In this document: in pieces, positions 9,087 to 18,400 of the stretch
Numbering within the stretch: position 1 is the first letter of the stretch
How the letters are laid out: each line of letters starts with the position of its first letter
Assembly (NCBI GenBank): GCA_017463325.1
Contig: JAFTPK010000005.1
Location: forward strand, 7,094 to 71,093
DNA: 64,000 nucleotides
Origin: Clostridia bacterium
GTDB lineage: Bacteria > Bacillota > Clostridia > Christensenellales > Borkfalkiaceae
Reading direction: 5' to 3'
The notes under the pieces: model-generated
The model's input: only the letters and a program-made list of their open reading frames with translations
What the model was told of the DNA's origin: nothing
The model's database searches: none
Made by a program: the position numbers and the translations under genes

Positions 9087-9101
9087 AGAACACCCTGTTC
9101 G
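9087..9101. promoter_or_regulatory. Possible operator (GAAC-N5-GTTC inverted repeat) just downstream of the promoter
   Basis: AGAACACCCTGTTCG lies between the -10 and the RBS of the S24 repressor gene. It resembles the Firmicutes SOS box (GAAC-N4-GTTC) but has a 5-nt spacer. Confidence 0.3.
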
Positions 9102-9126
9102 GTTTAGAAAAAAGGGAGAGATACAA

Positions 9127-9723
9127 ATGAGAACCTTAAATGAAAAAACTCTTGCAAAAATGCAAGATTACATAATTGAGTATCAAAAAGAAAAAGGTCT
9201 TTCTCCCAGCTACCGAAACATTATGAAAGCAGTAGGGATGAGTTCGGTTAGTTTAGTTCAACGTTACGTCTTTGAACTTGAGAAGAAAGGTTTAATCCGT
9301 AGGACAAATCTTGGAAACATAGCCACCTTGCCCCAGCTCAAAAGGACTGGAACAACTATGGCCCCTTTGCTCGGAGAAATCGCTTGCGGCGAACCCACTC
9401 ACGCCGTAGAAAATATAGAAGAAAGTTTCCCGTTACCCAAAGCACTATTCGGCGAAGGCGAACTATATATGCTCCGTACTTTCGGCGATAGTATGATTGA
9501 AGTTGGTATCCGAAAAGACGACCTTATCGTTGTGCGAAAACAAGACTACGCAAGTGAAGGCGATATAGTCGTCGCTCTGGCAGACGGAAAAAACACTCTA
9601 AAGCGATATTTTAGAAGAAACGGACAAGTTATTCTTCATCCAGAAAATAGAACTATGAAGGATATAAAGCCCGTTGATTGCCAAATACAAGGTGTGCTTG
9701 TAAGTTGTATCAAAATGTATTAA
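9127..9723 (+). CDS. LexA/CI-like repressor with S24 self-cleaving peptidase domain
   Basis: N-terminal wHTH (YRNIMKAVGMSSVSLVQRYVFELEKKGLI). Ala-Gly-type linker EIACGEP. Catalytic Ser in FGDSMIE and catalytic Lys in NTLKRYF. Confidence 0.85.
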   Translation: MRTLNEKTLAKMQDYIIEYQKEKGLSPSYRNIMKAVGMSSVSLVQRYVFELEKKGLIRRTNLGNIATLPQLKRTGTTMAPLLGEIACGEPTHAVENIEESFPLPKALFGEGELYMLRTFGDSMIEVGIRKDDLIVVRKQDYASEGDIVVALADGKNTLKRYFRRNGQVILHPENRTMKDIKPVDCQIQGVLVSCIKMY

Positions 9724-9861
9724 ATGATATATGCGGAGCAGCCCCGGCTCCTATTATATAAATAGTTACAGAAGATAAGACGCTCCGAAATAGGACTTCC
9801 CAACCTTGCCGTAGCTCTTAAATCAAAACTATCTGTAATTGGGAAGAAGGAGGACTAAACT

Positions 9862-10050
9862 ATGAAACATGCTATGTGTCCAGCTTGCGGAAGACGCCTT
9901 ATCAAAGGCGAAGCCGGTTCAAAGGTTGAGGTTGTGTGTCCTAAATGCGGGAAAACCGCTATCGTCACAATCGGCGACGATCACCTACATATAATCGACA
10001 AACCTTTGAACGATAAGCAACCTATGGAACAAACAAGACAAGCTATCTAA
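9862..10050 (+). CDS. Mu Com-like zinc-ribbon protein
   Basis: MCPACGRRLIKGEAGSKVEVVCPKCGKT follows the Com pattern CxxC-x(14)-E-V/I-x-CP-K/R-C. Strong AAGGAGG RBS upstream. Confidence 0.6.
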   Translation: MKHAMCPACGRRLIKGEAGSKVEVVCPKCGKTAIVTIGDDHLHIIDKPLNDKQPMEQTRQAI

Positions 10051-10143
10051 TCAAAGACAATTTAATATCAGCGGGTAATGGAGTGCCGTTGTATTCCATT
10101 ACTGACACTTTGCAAAGGTCGAACTTGACTGCGTATCATTAAG

Positions 10144-10203
10144 GATCTGGCGAGTAGATAAAATCCTATTATAAGGGATATTCTATTCGTCAGGTCTTTT
10201 TTT
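10144..10203 (+). terminator. Rho-independent terminator T1 (long stem)
   Basis: 15-bp stem GATCTGGCGAGTAGA / TCTATTCGTCAGGTC (12 Watson-Crick pairs plus 3 G:U), 23-nt loop (10159-10181), then T7 (10197-10203). Confidence 0.7.
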
Positions 10204-10215
10204 GTCGAATTTTTA

Positions 10216-10259
10216 GCCCGATTACGTGGATTTTATCACGTAATCGGGCTTTTCTTTTG
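10216..10259 (+). terminator. Rho-independent terminator T2 / large perfect inverted repeat
   Basis: Perfect 14-bp stem AGCCCGATTACGTG / CACGTAATCGGGCT with an 8-nt loop, followed by TTTCTTTTG. It lies 13 nt after T1. The arm motif CCGATTACG recurs at 10273-10281, so it is also an oriT candidate. Confidence 0.7.
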
Positions 10260-10317
10260 CCTTATACCCTGTCCGATTACGATTACATTTCAAATCAAAA
10301 ATCGGAGGAATTTTTAT

Positions 10318-10728
10318 ATGGCAACTATTAACTACACATTCGCGGACGGCAAAATCAGAACTTTTGAAGTGGACGAGCATACAGCGCTTGCCTACGAACA
10401 GATCGAGGACGAAACACGTCGTGAGGAAGAACGCGCACGTTGGAGAACGAGAATGAAATTGAACTCGCTTGAAGAAATGTCCGACTTTGGCGTTCAATTT
10501 GCTTCGGACGAACCTACCCCCGAAGAAGCTCTTATTGAAAATGAAGAAAATCACCGCCTACATAATGCTATTGCAGCACTTCCCGAAAATCAAAGAAACC
10601 TTGTAAATACCGTCTTTTATTGTGGCGTATCGTTAGTGGAAATAGCCCGTATTGAAGGCACGACCTATCAGGCAATTCAGAACCGCTTGGCAAAAATTTT
10701 GAAAAAACTAAAAAAATTTTTGATTTAG
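10318..10728 (+). CDS. Sigma-70 region-4-like HTH protein (paralog 1)
   Basis: The C-terminus LPENQRNLVNTVFYCGVSLVEIARIEGTTYQAIQNRLAKILKKL is a sigma-70 region 4 / LuxR-type HTH. The N-terminus INYTFADGKIRTFEV is shared with the next gene. Confidence 0.6.
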   Translation: MATINYTFADGKIRTFEVDEHTALAYEQIEDETRREEERARWRTRMKLNSLEEMSDFGVQFASDEPTPEEALIENEENHRLHNAIAALPENQRNLVNTVFYCGVSLVEIARIEGTTYQAIQNRLAKILKKLKKFLI

Positions 10729-10805
10729 GGGGTTGTGATTGACTGTTCCCACTCCTTAAAGGTGCAAGGCATCAGACCTTGACACTTTTTCGGAGGATTA
10801 TAGGA

Positions 10806-11216
10806 ATGGCAAAAATCAACTATACCTTTGCTGACGGACACACGGAAGAAATAGAAGTATCCGACGAATTCGCTCTGCAATACGAACTTTTAGAGGACGA
10901 CTGGAAACGTCAGGAAGAACGCGAGAAAAAGCGCCGACGTCGCAGACTGTCGTTTGAGGGCTTGGTCGAAAGCGGATACGAATTTGAGGATACCACTTGC
11001 GCCGATCCGCTTGAACGGCTCATTGAACAGGAAAACGAAAAATTTAGTCTCATATCCCTATCAGACTTTCTCACGGCTCGTCAGAAACACGTTATGCAGC
11101 TTTATTACGAAGTAGGTATGTCAAAACAAGAAATCGCCACCGCACTTGGCGTAGATGAAAGCTCAATCAGAGAGTGTTTGAATTGGGCTGTGAAAAAAAT
11201 TTTGAAGAATTTTTGA
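10806..11216 (+). CDS. Sigma-70 region-4-like HTH protein (paralog 2)
   Basis: Same architecture: N-terminal MAKINYTFADGHTEEIEV and C-terminal LTARQKHVMQLYYEVGMSKQEIATALGVDESSIRECLNWAVKKI. Start moved to the ATG at 10806, behind a GGAGG RBS. Confidence 0.6.
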   Translation: MAKINYTFADGHTEEIEVSDEFALQYELLEDDWKRQEEREKKRRRRRLSFEGLVESGYEFEDTTCADPLERLIEQENEKFSLISLSDFLTARQKHVMQLYYEVGMSKQEIATALGVDESSIRECLNWAVKKILKNF

Positions 11217-11307
11217 AAATCGGTCAAAATACCCCCGATTTTTACCCCTGCTTATTCCCCGATAGGTGAAGGGGTTACAACTTTCAATCAATCAGGAGGA
11301 ACATTTA

Positions 11308-11547
11308 ATGTTAGTCAAAAAAGAAAAACTTGCTCATTTTTTAGAGGTTAAGAACCTTTCCAAAGAGAAATTCGCCGCTATCCTTGACGTTGAGGTTAGC
11401 GAAGTTGAAAAAATGCTGAACGGCGAAACCGTTGGATTACATACGTCACGAAGGTTTATTCGCTTTTTCAAAGCCGAAGTAGCTCAACACTATATCGACT
11501 GGGAAACGATGAACATAAAAAATCCGTTGGAGGAAAAAAAGAAATGA
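11308..11547 (+). CDS. Small XRE-like HTH protein (putative)
   Basis: LSKEKFAAILDVEVSEVEKMLNGE resembles an XRE-type HTH. Start set at the ATG at 11308, behind an AGGAGG RBS. Confidence 0.45.
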   Translation: MLVKKEKLAHFLEVKNLSKEKFAAILDVEVSEVEKMLNGETVGLHTSRRFIRFFKAEVAQHYIDWETMNIKNPLEEKKK

Positions 11548-12014
11548 AAAATTTTGAAGTACAACACACCCTGCGCCTTTACGATCCCGACCTTGTGTCC
11601 GCTATCGGTAAAATGCACGAACGCAAAAGCAAGGAATTTCGCAATAAAAACGAATTTCTTACAGAACTCGTGAAACTCGGTCTTATGGAAATGCAGAAAC
11701 GCGAAGCGGCTAAAATCGCTGACCTACCGCCTACCGATGCGACCACGCCAAAGCCCGAATGTGCCGATACCTTGAAAGAAATCTATGAGATTTTGGACGC
11801 TGTTTCTAAATATATCTACACACAGTTCAAATCCCTTTACGTAAACCAACGTGTAGTGGAACGTCTCATGTCTTCTATCTATCGTCAGCTTCAGGAAATG
11901 CACCACGAGGACACCGCTACCATACGCAATGCCGACGCCGGATTCTATGACGATCTCCCCGAACGCTTTGAGAAAATCATAGTCAATCTCAAGAACACCT
12001 ACGGTCTTAAATGA
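11544..12014 (+). CDS. Putative relaxosome accessory protein (RHH/MobC-like position)
   Basis: ATGA overlaps with both neighbours. FRNKNEFLTELVKLGL resembles ribbon-helix-helix accessory proteins found upstream of relaxase genes. The assignment rests mainly on position. Confidence 0.35.
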   Translation: MKNFEVQHTLRLYDPDLVSAIGKMHERKSKEFRNKNEFLTELVKLGLMEMQKREAAKIADLPPTDATTPKPECADTLKEIYEILDAVSKYIYTQFKSLYVNQRVVERLMSSIYRQLQEMHHEDTATIRNADAGFYDDLPERFEKIIVNLKNTYGLK

Positions 12015-13237
12015 GTTCTCCGAATGTAGTATGTCAAATCTATTTTTTGGACAACGAAAAATCCCTTGCAAAAAACCCTTTGCGAGAAGAAAAATACGGT
12101 AAAAAAAGGAGGTTCTATTCGTGTAAAAACGCAAAATACAACTACGTGGATTACGTGCAGGACGGCTCGCAAAAATCCCTTGATTACGTCGATTATTCAG
12201 GCAATAGCGAAAAGAGTTCGGGCGTATTCAATGCAGACGGCCTTTTAACAAAGGAGCAGCGCAAAGCCCTAAAGCATGATTTACGCACTACGGATAGTGT
12301 GATATGGCACGGCTTTATATCCTTTACCGAAGACTTCGGCAATCTATATTGTAACGACTACGAATCCGCTTACCGAATGATGAAAACGGAATTTCCGCGA
12401 TTTTTGAAATCCGCAGGGCTTAACCCCGATAATGTGGTCTGGTATGCCGGATTACACGAAAATACGGATAATCGCCATATACACTTTTCATTTTTTGAAA
12501 AACAGCCGACAAAATATCGCGCACGCAGTAAAAATCTGCATTTCTCAAACGGAAAGCTCCCATATCACAGTATAGAGCAATTCAAACTCCGCACCGAGCA
12601 AAAATTGACCGATTCTACGGCACAGTTAAAACTCGCCCGAAAACAACTTACGGAATCCACGAAAAACGTGCTATTTTCAGCGCAAAGCCCTTTGAAATAC
12701 AACAGAGAGGTTCAAACCCTTATGCTTCGCTTGCTTGAGGATTTGCCCACTACGGGAAGATTGTCCTACGATAGCGAAAATATGGCTCCGTTTCGTCCGC
12801 AGATACAGGAAATAGTGAACTGTGTTATACGGTCAAACCGAAATACATACCAAGCATACGTTGATTTTTGCCGTGTTATATCCGACAAAGATAAGGACAC
12901 ACTTCGTATCCTTACGAACCTAAAAATCAAACCTGAACATTGGGATAGGTTTCTAATATCAGACAAATATATGGATGACCTTTATCGTCGGCTCGGCAAT
13001 CAGGTAATAAACTCTCTACGTGTTTACAAAGGCAAACTTAAGCCCACAAAATCCCGTCTCGCCAATAAGCGAATACGGCGCGGTGTCCGTACCGGTCTTC
13101 TTGCCTATTGTGTTAAACTCAATGCTATTGTGGAAACCGAAACCCAAGAAGCATTTGAAGAATATTACCGCAAAATCCAAGAACAAGATACCGAAAACGA
13201 TATTATGAAGGAGGAAATGCTTTACGAAATGGAATAA
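12011..13237 (+). CDS. Relaxase/mobilisation nuclease (MOBP-like)
   Basis: Histidine triad LHENTDNRHIHFSFFE (HxDxxxxHxH-type) about 150 aa from the N-terminus. Sits immediately upstream of the coupling-protein gene. Confidence 0.8.
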   Translation: MSSPNVVCQIYFLDNEKSLAKNPLREEKYGKKRRFYSCKNAKYNYVDYVQDGSQKSLDYVDYSGNSEKSSGVFNADGLLTKEQRKALKHDLRTTDSVIWHGFISFTEDFGNLYCNDYESAYRMMKTEFPRFLKSAGLNPDNVVWYAGLHENTDNRHIHFSFFEKQPTKYRARSKNLHFSNGKLPYHSIEQFKLRTEQKLTDSTAQLKLARKQLTESTKNVLFSAQSPLKYNREVQTLMLRLLEDLPTTGRLSYDSENMAPFRPQIQEIVNCVIRSNRNTYQAYVDFCRVISDKDKDTLRILTNLKIKPEHWDRFLISDKYMDDLYRRLGNQVINSLRVYKGKLKPTKSRLANKRIRRGVRTGLLAYCVKLNAIVETETQEAFEEYYRKIQEQDTENDIMKEEMLYEME

Positions 13238-13271
13238 AAAAATTCCCATTATATGCGGCATCGTCGCTCTT

Positions 13272-15440
13272 GTGTGCTATCTGTTCGGATTTGTACTTAA
13301 CTGCGTGATAACTCACGATTTTACATTCCGATTTGACGCTAAACTGCTGATCGACGGCGAAACTTTTATCTACACAGGACTGTTTTGCCTTATAGCCGTA
13401 TTGATAGTGCTGTTCTACTACTATAAACACTTCTGGTTATTCAACAGTAAAAACGTCATGCGCGGAAACAAAGGCGACAAAAGAATTGACGTCAATCTCG
13501 AACAGGCACGATTCCAAAACGAACGGGAAATAAACGAGAACTTTACAAGAGTGGAATACGGCGAACTTAAAGAAAAAGAAATCGTCGGTATTCCTATCAA
13601 AGCAGAACAGGAGAAAGAAAAATTTTATGTCAACTTCGCCCCAAACGCCCACACGCTCGTTATCGGTACCACCGGATCCGGTAAAACAACCACGTTCATC
13701 AATCCAACGGTGCAGATATTGTCCCAGAGCAAAGCCAAACCGTCCATGCTGCTGTCCGATCCAAAGGGAGAATTGTATGCTTTGCACGCAAAATCTCTCC
13801 AAGATAAAGGATACGAGGTCAAAGTCCTTGACCTGCGAAACCCATTCAACAGCATTAAATGGAACCCACTTGAACGTCCTTTCCTAATGTATCAGCGTAT
13901 GCTCCACTTGGAAGACGAGGTTCGGGTGGATGAAGAAAATGGAACCTACCTTTTTGACGGAAACGCTTATAGCGAACCCGACGAGCTTAATTCTGCCGTT
14001 CAGGTCAAAAAACAGCAAATTTACGATCAGGTTTACGAGGACTTGCACGACATGATTACCGTCCTTTGCCCCATTACCAACAAGAATGAACCTATTTGGG
14101 AAAGCGGCGCCAAGAATTTTATTTTGGCTATCGCTATCGCAATGCTTGAGGATTCCGAAAACTCCGAACTCGGTATGACTGTGGACAAATATAATTTCTA
14201 TAATCTCACGAAAATAGCCACAAACACCGAGAACGATTGTGAAGAACTCTTGCGATACTTTCAGGGACGTGGGGATCTGTCAAAAGCGTTATCGCTCTCA
14301 AAGCAGGTGTTGGATTCCGCAGAAAAGACGCGCGGTTCGTATCTCTCCACAATGTTTGACAAGCTCAATATGTTTGCAGACCTTTCGCTTTGCTCTCTTA
14401 CGTCGGCAAACGAAATCGCCTTTGCAGATATGGCGGAAAAGCCAATCGCATTATTTCTGCAAATCCCGGACGAGAAGGAAACCCGTCACACGCTCGCGGC
14501 AATGGTAATGCTGCAAGCATATAAGGAACTCGTAGCCAAAGCCAACGAATACGACAACCTATCCCTGCCGCGCAGCGTTTATTTTCTTATGGACGAATTT
14601 GGCAATCTGCCCGCCGTTCATAAGCTCGAACAAATGGTAACGGTAGGTCGAAGCCGTAATATATGGCTCTGCCTTGTTATCCAATCTTACGCCCAGCTTG
14701 CAAAGGTTTATGACGATAAATCTGCTGATATTATCCGTAGCAACTGTAATATTCAAATCTTTATCGGTACTTCCGATCCAAAGACCATTGAAGAATATTC
14801 AAAGCGTTGCGGAAATTACACCGTAATTACCCGAAATGTCGGATATAACACGGTTAAGGCAGACGATATAAACAGCAACGCGTCCATAAAAGAGCGCCCG
14901 CTGATTTATCCGTCGGAACTCGCGCAACTCAATCGCCCCGGCAATATGGGTAATGCCGTCGTTACAGTATTCGGCTATATGCCCGTAATGAGTAAATACA
15001 CACCCAGCTATGCGTGTACGGCTTACACTCTTGAGAAAACGCTCCAGCGATTGAATGTGGGTAGGTACTTCAACGAAAGCAAAGTTTTCTACAATATGAA
15101 ACGGCGAAACGAAATCGTTATCCCCAAGCGCCCGCCACGCAAGCCCGGTGGTAACGGCGGTATGAATATCGTTCGTCAAATGGACGGTGTTAAGGAACAC
15201 GTCAAAGAACAAATTGAACGGTCTTTCAATTACGAAATCCTATCCGATGAAGAAAAGATAGAACTTCTTAATTTGATTGACAAACAAGCGTTCCTACGGG
15301 CAAAAGAAATCCTTGAGGAAGCCGCTAAAAAAGCAATGGCTCTCAATCAGGATCATCTTATGGATACCTTTGAAAATCTATTCAAAAAACTAAACTGGCT
15401 CCAGCTTAACTATTCGGGTGGAGCGACACGAAATCAATAA
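13272..15440 (+). CDS. Type IV coupling protein (VirD4/TraG-like)
   Basis: N-terminal TM helices, Walker A GTTGSGKTT and Walker B-like VYFLMDEFGNL. Size is about 720 aa. The track start is a GTG; the true start is uncertain by a few codons. Confidence 0.85.
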   Translation: MCYLFGFVLNCVITHDFTFRFDAKLLIDGETFIYTGLFCLIAVLIVLFYYYKHFWLFNSKNVMRGNKGDKRIDVNLEQARFQNEREINENFTRVEYGELKEKEIVGIPIKAEQEKEKFYVNFAPNAHTLVIGTTGSGKTTTFINPTVQILSQSKAKPSMLLSDPKGELYALHAKSLQDKGYEVKVLDLRNPFNSIKWNPLERPFLMYQRMLHLEDEVRVDEENGTYLFDGNAYSEPDELNSAVQVKKQQIYDQVYEDLHDMITVLCPITNKNEPIWESGAKNFILAIAIAMLEDSENSELGMTVDKYNFYNLTKIATNTENDCEELLRYFQGRGDLSKALSLSKQVLDSAEKTRGSYLSTMFDKLNMFADLSLCSLTSANEIAFADMAEKPIALFLQIPDEKETRHTLAAMVMLQAYKELVAKANEYDNLSLPRSVYFLMDEFGNLPAVHKLEQMVTVGRSRNIWLCLVIQSYAQLAKVYDDKSADIIRSNCNIQIFIGTSDPKTIEEYSKRCGNYTVITRNVGYNTVKADDINSNASIKERPLIYPSELAQLNRPGNMGNAVVTVFGYMPVMSKYTPSYACTAYTLEKTLQRLNVGRYFNESKVFYNMKRRNEIVIPKRPPRKPGGNGGMNIVRQMDGVKEHVKEQIERSFNYEILSDEEKIELLNLIDKQAFLRAKEILEEAAKKAMALNQDHLMDTFENLFKKLNWLQLNYSGGATRNQ

Positions 15441-15456
15441 ACAGGAGGATTATGTT

Positions 15457-18400
15457 TTGAAGGCAAATATCAAACGCAACACGTTTAAGGGCGTTCTGCT
15501 CCTTGCATTGACGCTCATTATGCTTTTCGGCGTATTTCTTGGTTCTCCTTTGACCGCATCGGCGGCAACGTCCACGTCTGCCACCCTGACAACCAGCGGC
15601 TCCTACGATGTAGGTGACGGTTCCGTTAGCGGTTATATGAGCAACTACAAGATTTATATGCACTCGTCATCCACAAACGGCAGTACGGGAACCGCATACA
15701 ACGGCAGGGTTCTCAACTGGAATTACGTCTATATCAAAATCGACGCAACCGACATTAACTCTCACACTTCCTTTAAGTTGACGAGAAACGGTAGCACCTA
15801 CGTTAGCAAATCGCTTTCGGGTAGTAGCGACATGACGCTTTACTCCGGCTCTTTGCCTGACGGCGAATACGTGCTTACTTATAAGGGAAAACACAACACT
15901 TTCCTTTGGGTGACAGCCGACTACACCTATACTTACAAATTCGTAATCGACAAGACCGGTCCCACTTATACCTTGAAAGCGGGAACAACCAGCAAGAGCA
16001 GCGGTTCTTATGTAAATCAGCAGATCACGTACTCTGTGTCCGATTACAAGACTTGGTGTATCTACTACAAGAAGCCCGGTTACAGTTCTTATAGCATTTC
16101 CTATAACGACACGTACACCGTAGCGGCTACGGCAGCAAATAACGGTTGGTGGTACTTCTATGCGGAAGATTATTATTACAACACAAACAGCGTTGTGAGC
16201 ATTTATCTCGATACGATTGCTCCCGTAGGAAAGGTTACGAACTCGTCCGGCTCAACTATCAGTAACGGTGGCTATACGAACAAGCCCATTAAATATACGG
16301 CTACGGATACGGGCGGCGTTTCCTATTATCAGGTTAAAAAACCCGGTTCAACTTCTTGGGCGTCCTACACTTCGGGAACTTCGCTTTCCAGCTCTTACGG
16401 TTGGTATACGTTCCGCGCCGTAGATAAAGCGGGAAATATCTCCGACGAATACAAGGTGTATTATGACGCAGGTGTTCCCACCGGTACCCTTTACGGCGGA
16501 ACTTCAAGCAAGAGTAGCGGCTCTTATACGAACGCAAGTTACATTAAGTACACCGCATCCGATTCCTATTCGGGAATTGCAAATTGCTACGTAAAAATGC
16601 CCGGCGCAAGCTATTACACCGCTTATTCCAGCGGCACCCAACTCGCAACGGAAGGAACCTATTACTTCTACTCGGTAGATAAATCGGGAAATCAGTCTTC
16701 GATTGTATCTATTACGCTCGATAAAACCAAGCCCACAGGTACGCTCTACGGCGGTTCTTCCGTTATTTCTAACGGCGGATCAACCAATGCAAGCTCTATT
16801 AAATTCGTTCCTTATGATGCAATCGGTCTTTCGGCTACATACGTAAAGAAGCCCGGTTCTTCGACCTACGTTGCTTATACTTCGGGAACTCAATTTACTA
16901 CGGAAGGGACCTATTCGTTCTACTCGGTAGATAAGGCGGGAAATCAGTCTTCGGTTTACACGATTACACTTGACCGTCAGATCCCGTCGGCACAGCTTTA
17001 CGTTGACGACCAGCCCATTGACAACAACGGTTATACCAACGGCGCACACATTAAATTTGAGTGTGGCGAAACCTGCTATGTTCAGACACCCGATAGCGAC
17101 ATGTTCGTTTCCTACGCATCCGGCTCCGAATTTTATAAAGCGGGCAAATATGTATTCTATGGTGTTGACAGCGCAGGCAACAGCACCGGTTATTACACTA
17201 TTGTAATTGACCGTACCAGCAAGCCCCTTGACCTTTCGGGGTTGATTGACGGCACCGCTAACGGTGACGTTGTTATCTCTTGGACGGACGGTGACGCTAA
17301 CGTTTACGCCCCTGTTGTGAGCGTGACAATCAACGGAAAGTCTTACACAAAAGGCGAAACCGTTTACACCATTGATACGGGTGTATATAAGGTGGTATGC
17401 ACCGACGCCGCAGGTAATGTTTGGGAAACCGAATTTGTATCTGCAAAGCAGAATGTTATAACCGAAACGCTCCAGAAGGAATACTACGAAGCTCCCGACG
17501 CAGAAGGCGAATTTTATTCCTTTGCGACCTACGATTCCGCCTTTGCTTTTGCGGTAGAGCGTGAAAAATCTTTCGTTCGTACTGGCACTTGGAACAATGA
17601 AACTTGGGATACGGGTATCGCTATGGACGCCACCGATGCGGCTAATGCGGCCAACGGAACGTATTTCATTTATAAGAAGTCAGGCAATCCCGACGAAGAA
17701 GTTGCTTACTTTACCGAAGCTCGCTTGAATGAGGTTATCGCCGAATATGCAGCAATCGGTATTGTTGACTATTACTTCTGGGAAAAGGAACCCGCTACTA
17801 TCGCTGACGGCGAAAACTTGTTCAGTTATTCCGACACGAAGACCATTCTTGCCGATTCCATTATTTTTGGAGAAAATATCGGTATCGTGATTGACGGTGA
17901 AGATTTTGTCGGCACCGTTTACGAGGGCGAAGGCAAGCACCTTGTGACCGTAACGGATTCTTGGGGAAATTCTTGCGATTATAACGTAATCGTTATCCGC
18001 AGAACCCCCGACATTCACTATGCAATCGGTGAAGGTTCTTCCAACATTGTAACTTTCGACAGAACTTACTTCTTTAAGGATCAGATCACCGTTTCCATTG
18101 CCGACGAATTTGACGAAATGGCTATGTTCAACGTTTACGACGAGAACGGCGACCTACTCGGCAATTTCAGTCTTGGCGAAACCTTTACCCTTTCCGCAAG
18201 CGGTTCTTACACGGTGGAGAGTGTTAACCACTTCGGCACTTCCGAAACTTTTGAAATCATTATCTCCCGCGATGCACCGAAGGTAACTATTACCGAAAAT
18301 GCAGACGAGAAGAAACTTGAAATCAATATCACGGCAAGCTCCGATAAGGAATCCCACATTCAGACGCTTGAGATTTACAAATCTAACGATAACGGCGAAA

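Noticed and set aside
9087-9101. Canonical host LexA (Cheo) box upstream of the S24 repressor gene
   Set aside because: The half-sites GAAC/GTTC are present, but the spacer is 5 nt rather than the 4 nt of the Firmicutes consensus. It is kept only as a low-confidence operator for the element's own repressor.
11216-11275. Weak hairpins (AAAATCGG/CCGATTTT and ACCCCT/AGGGGT) as a terminator or alternative oriT
   Set aside because: The stems are short, AT-rich or widely spaced, with no convincing T-tract or repeated arm motif. They are noted only as a fallback oriT location.
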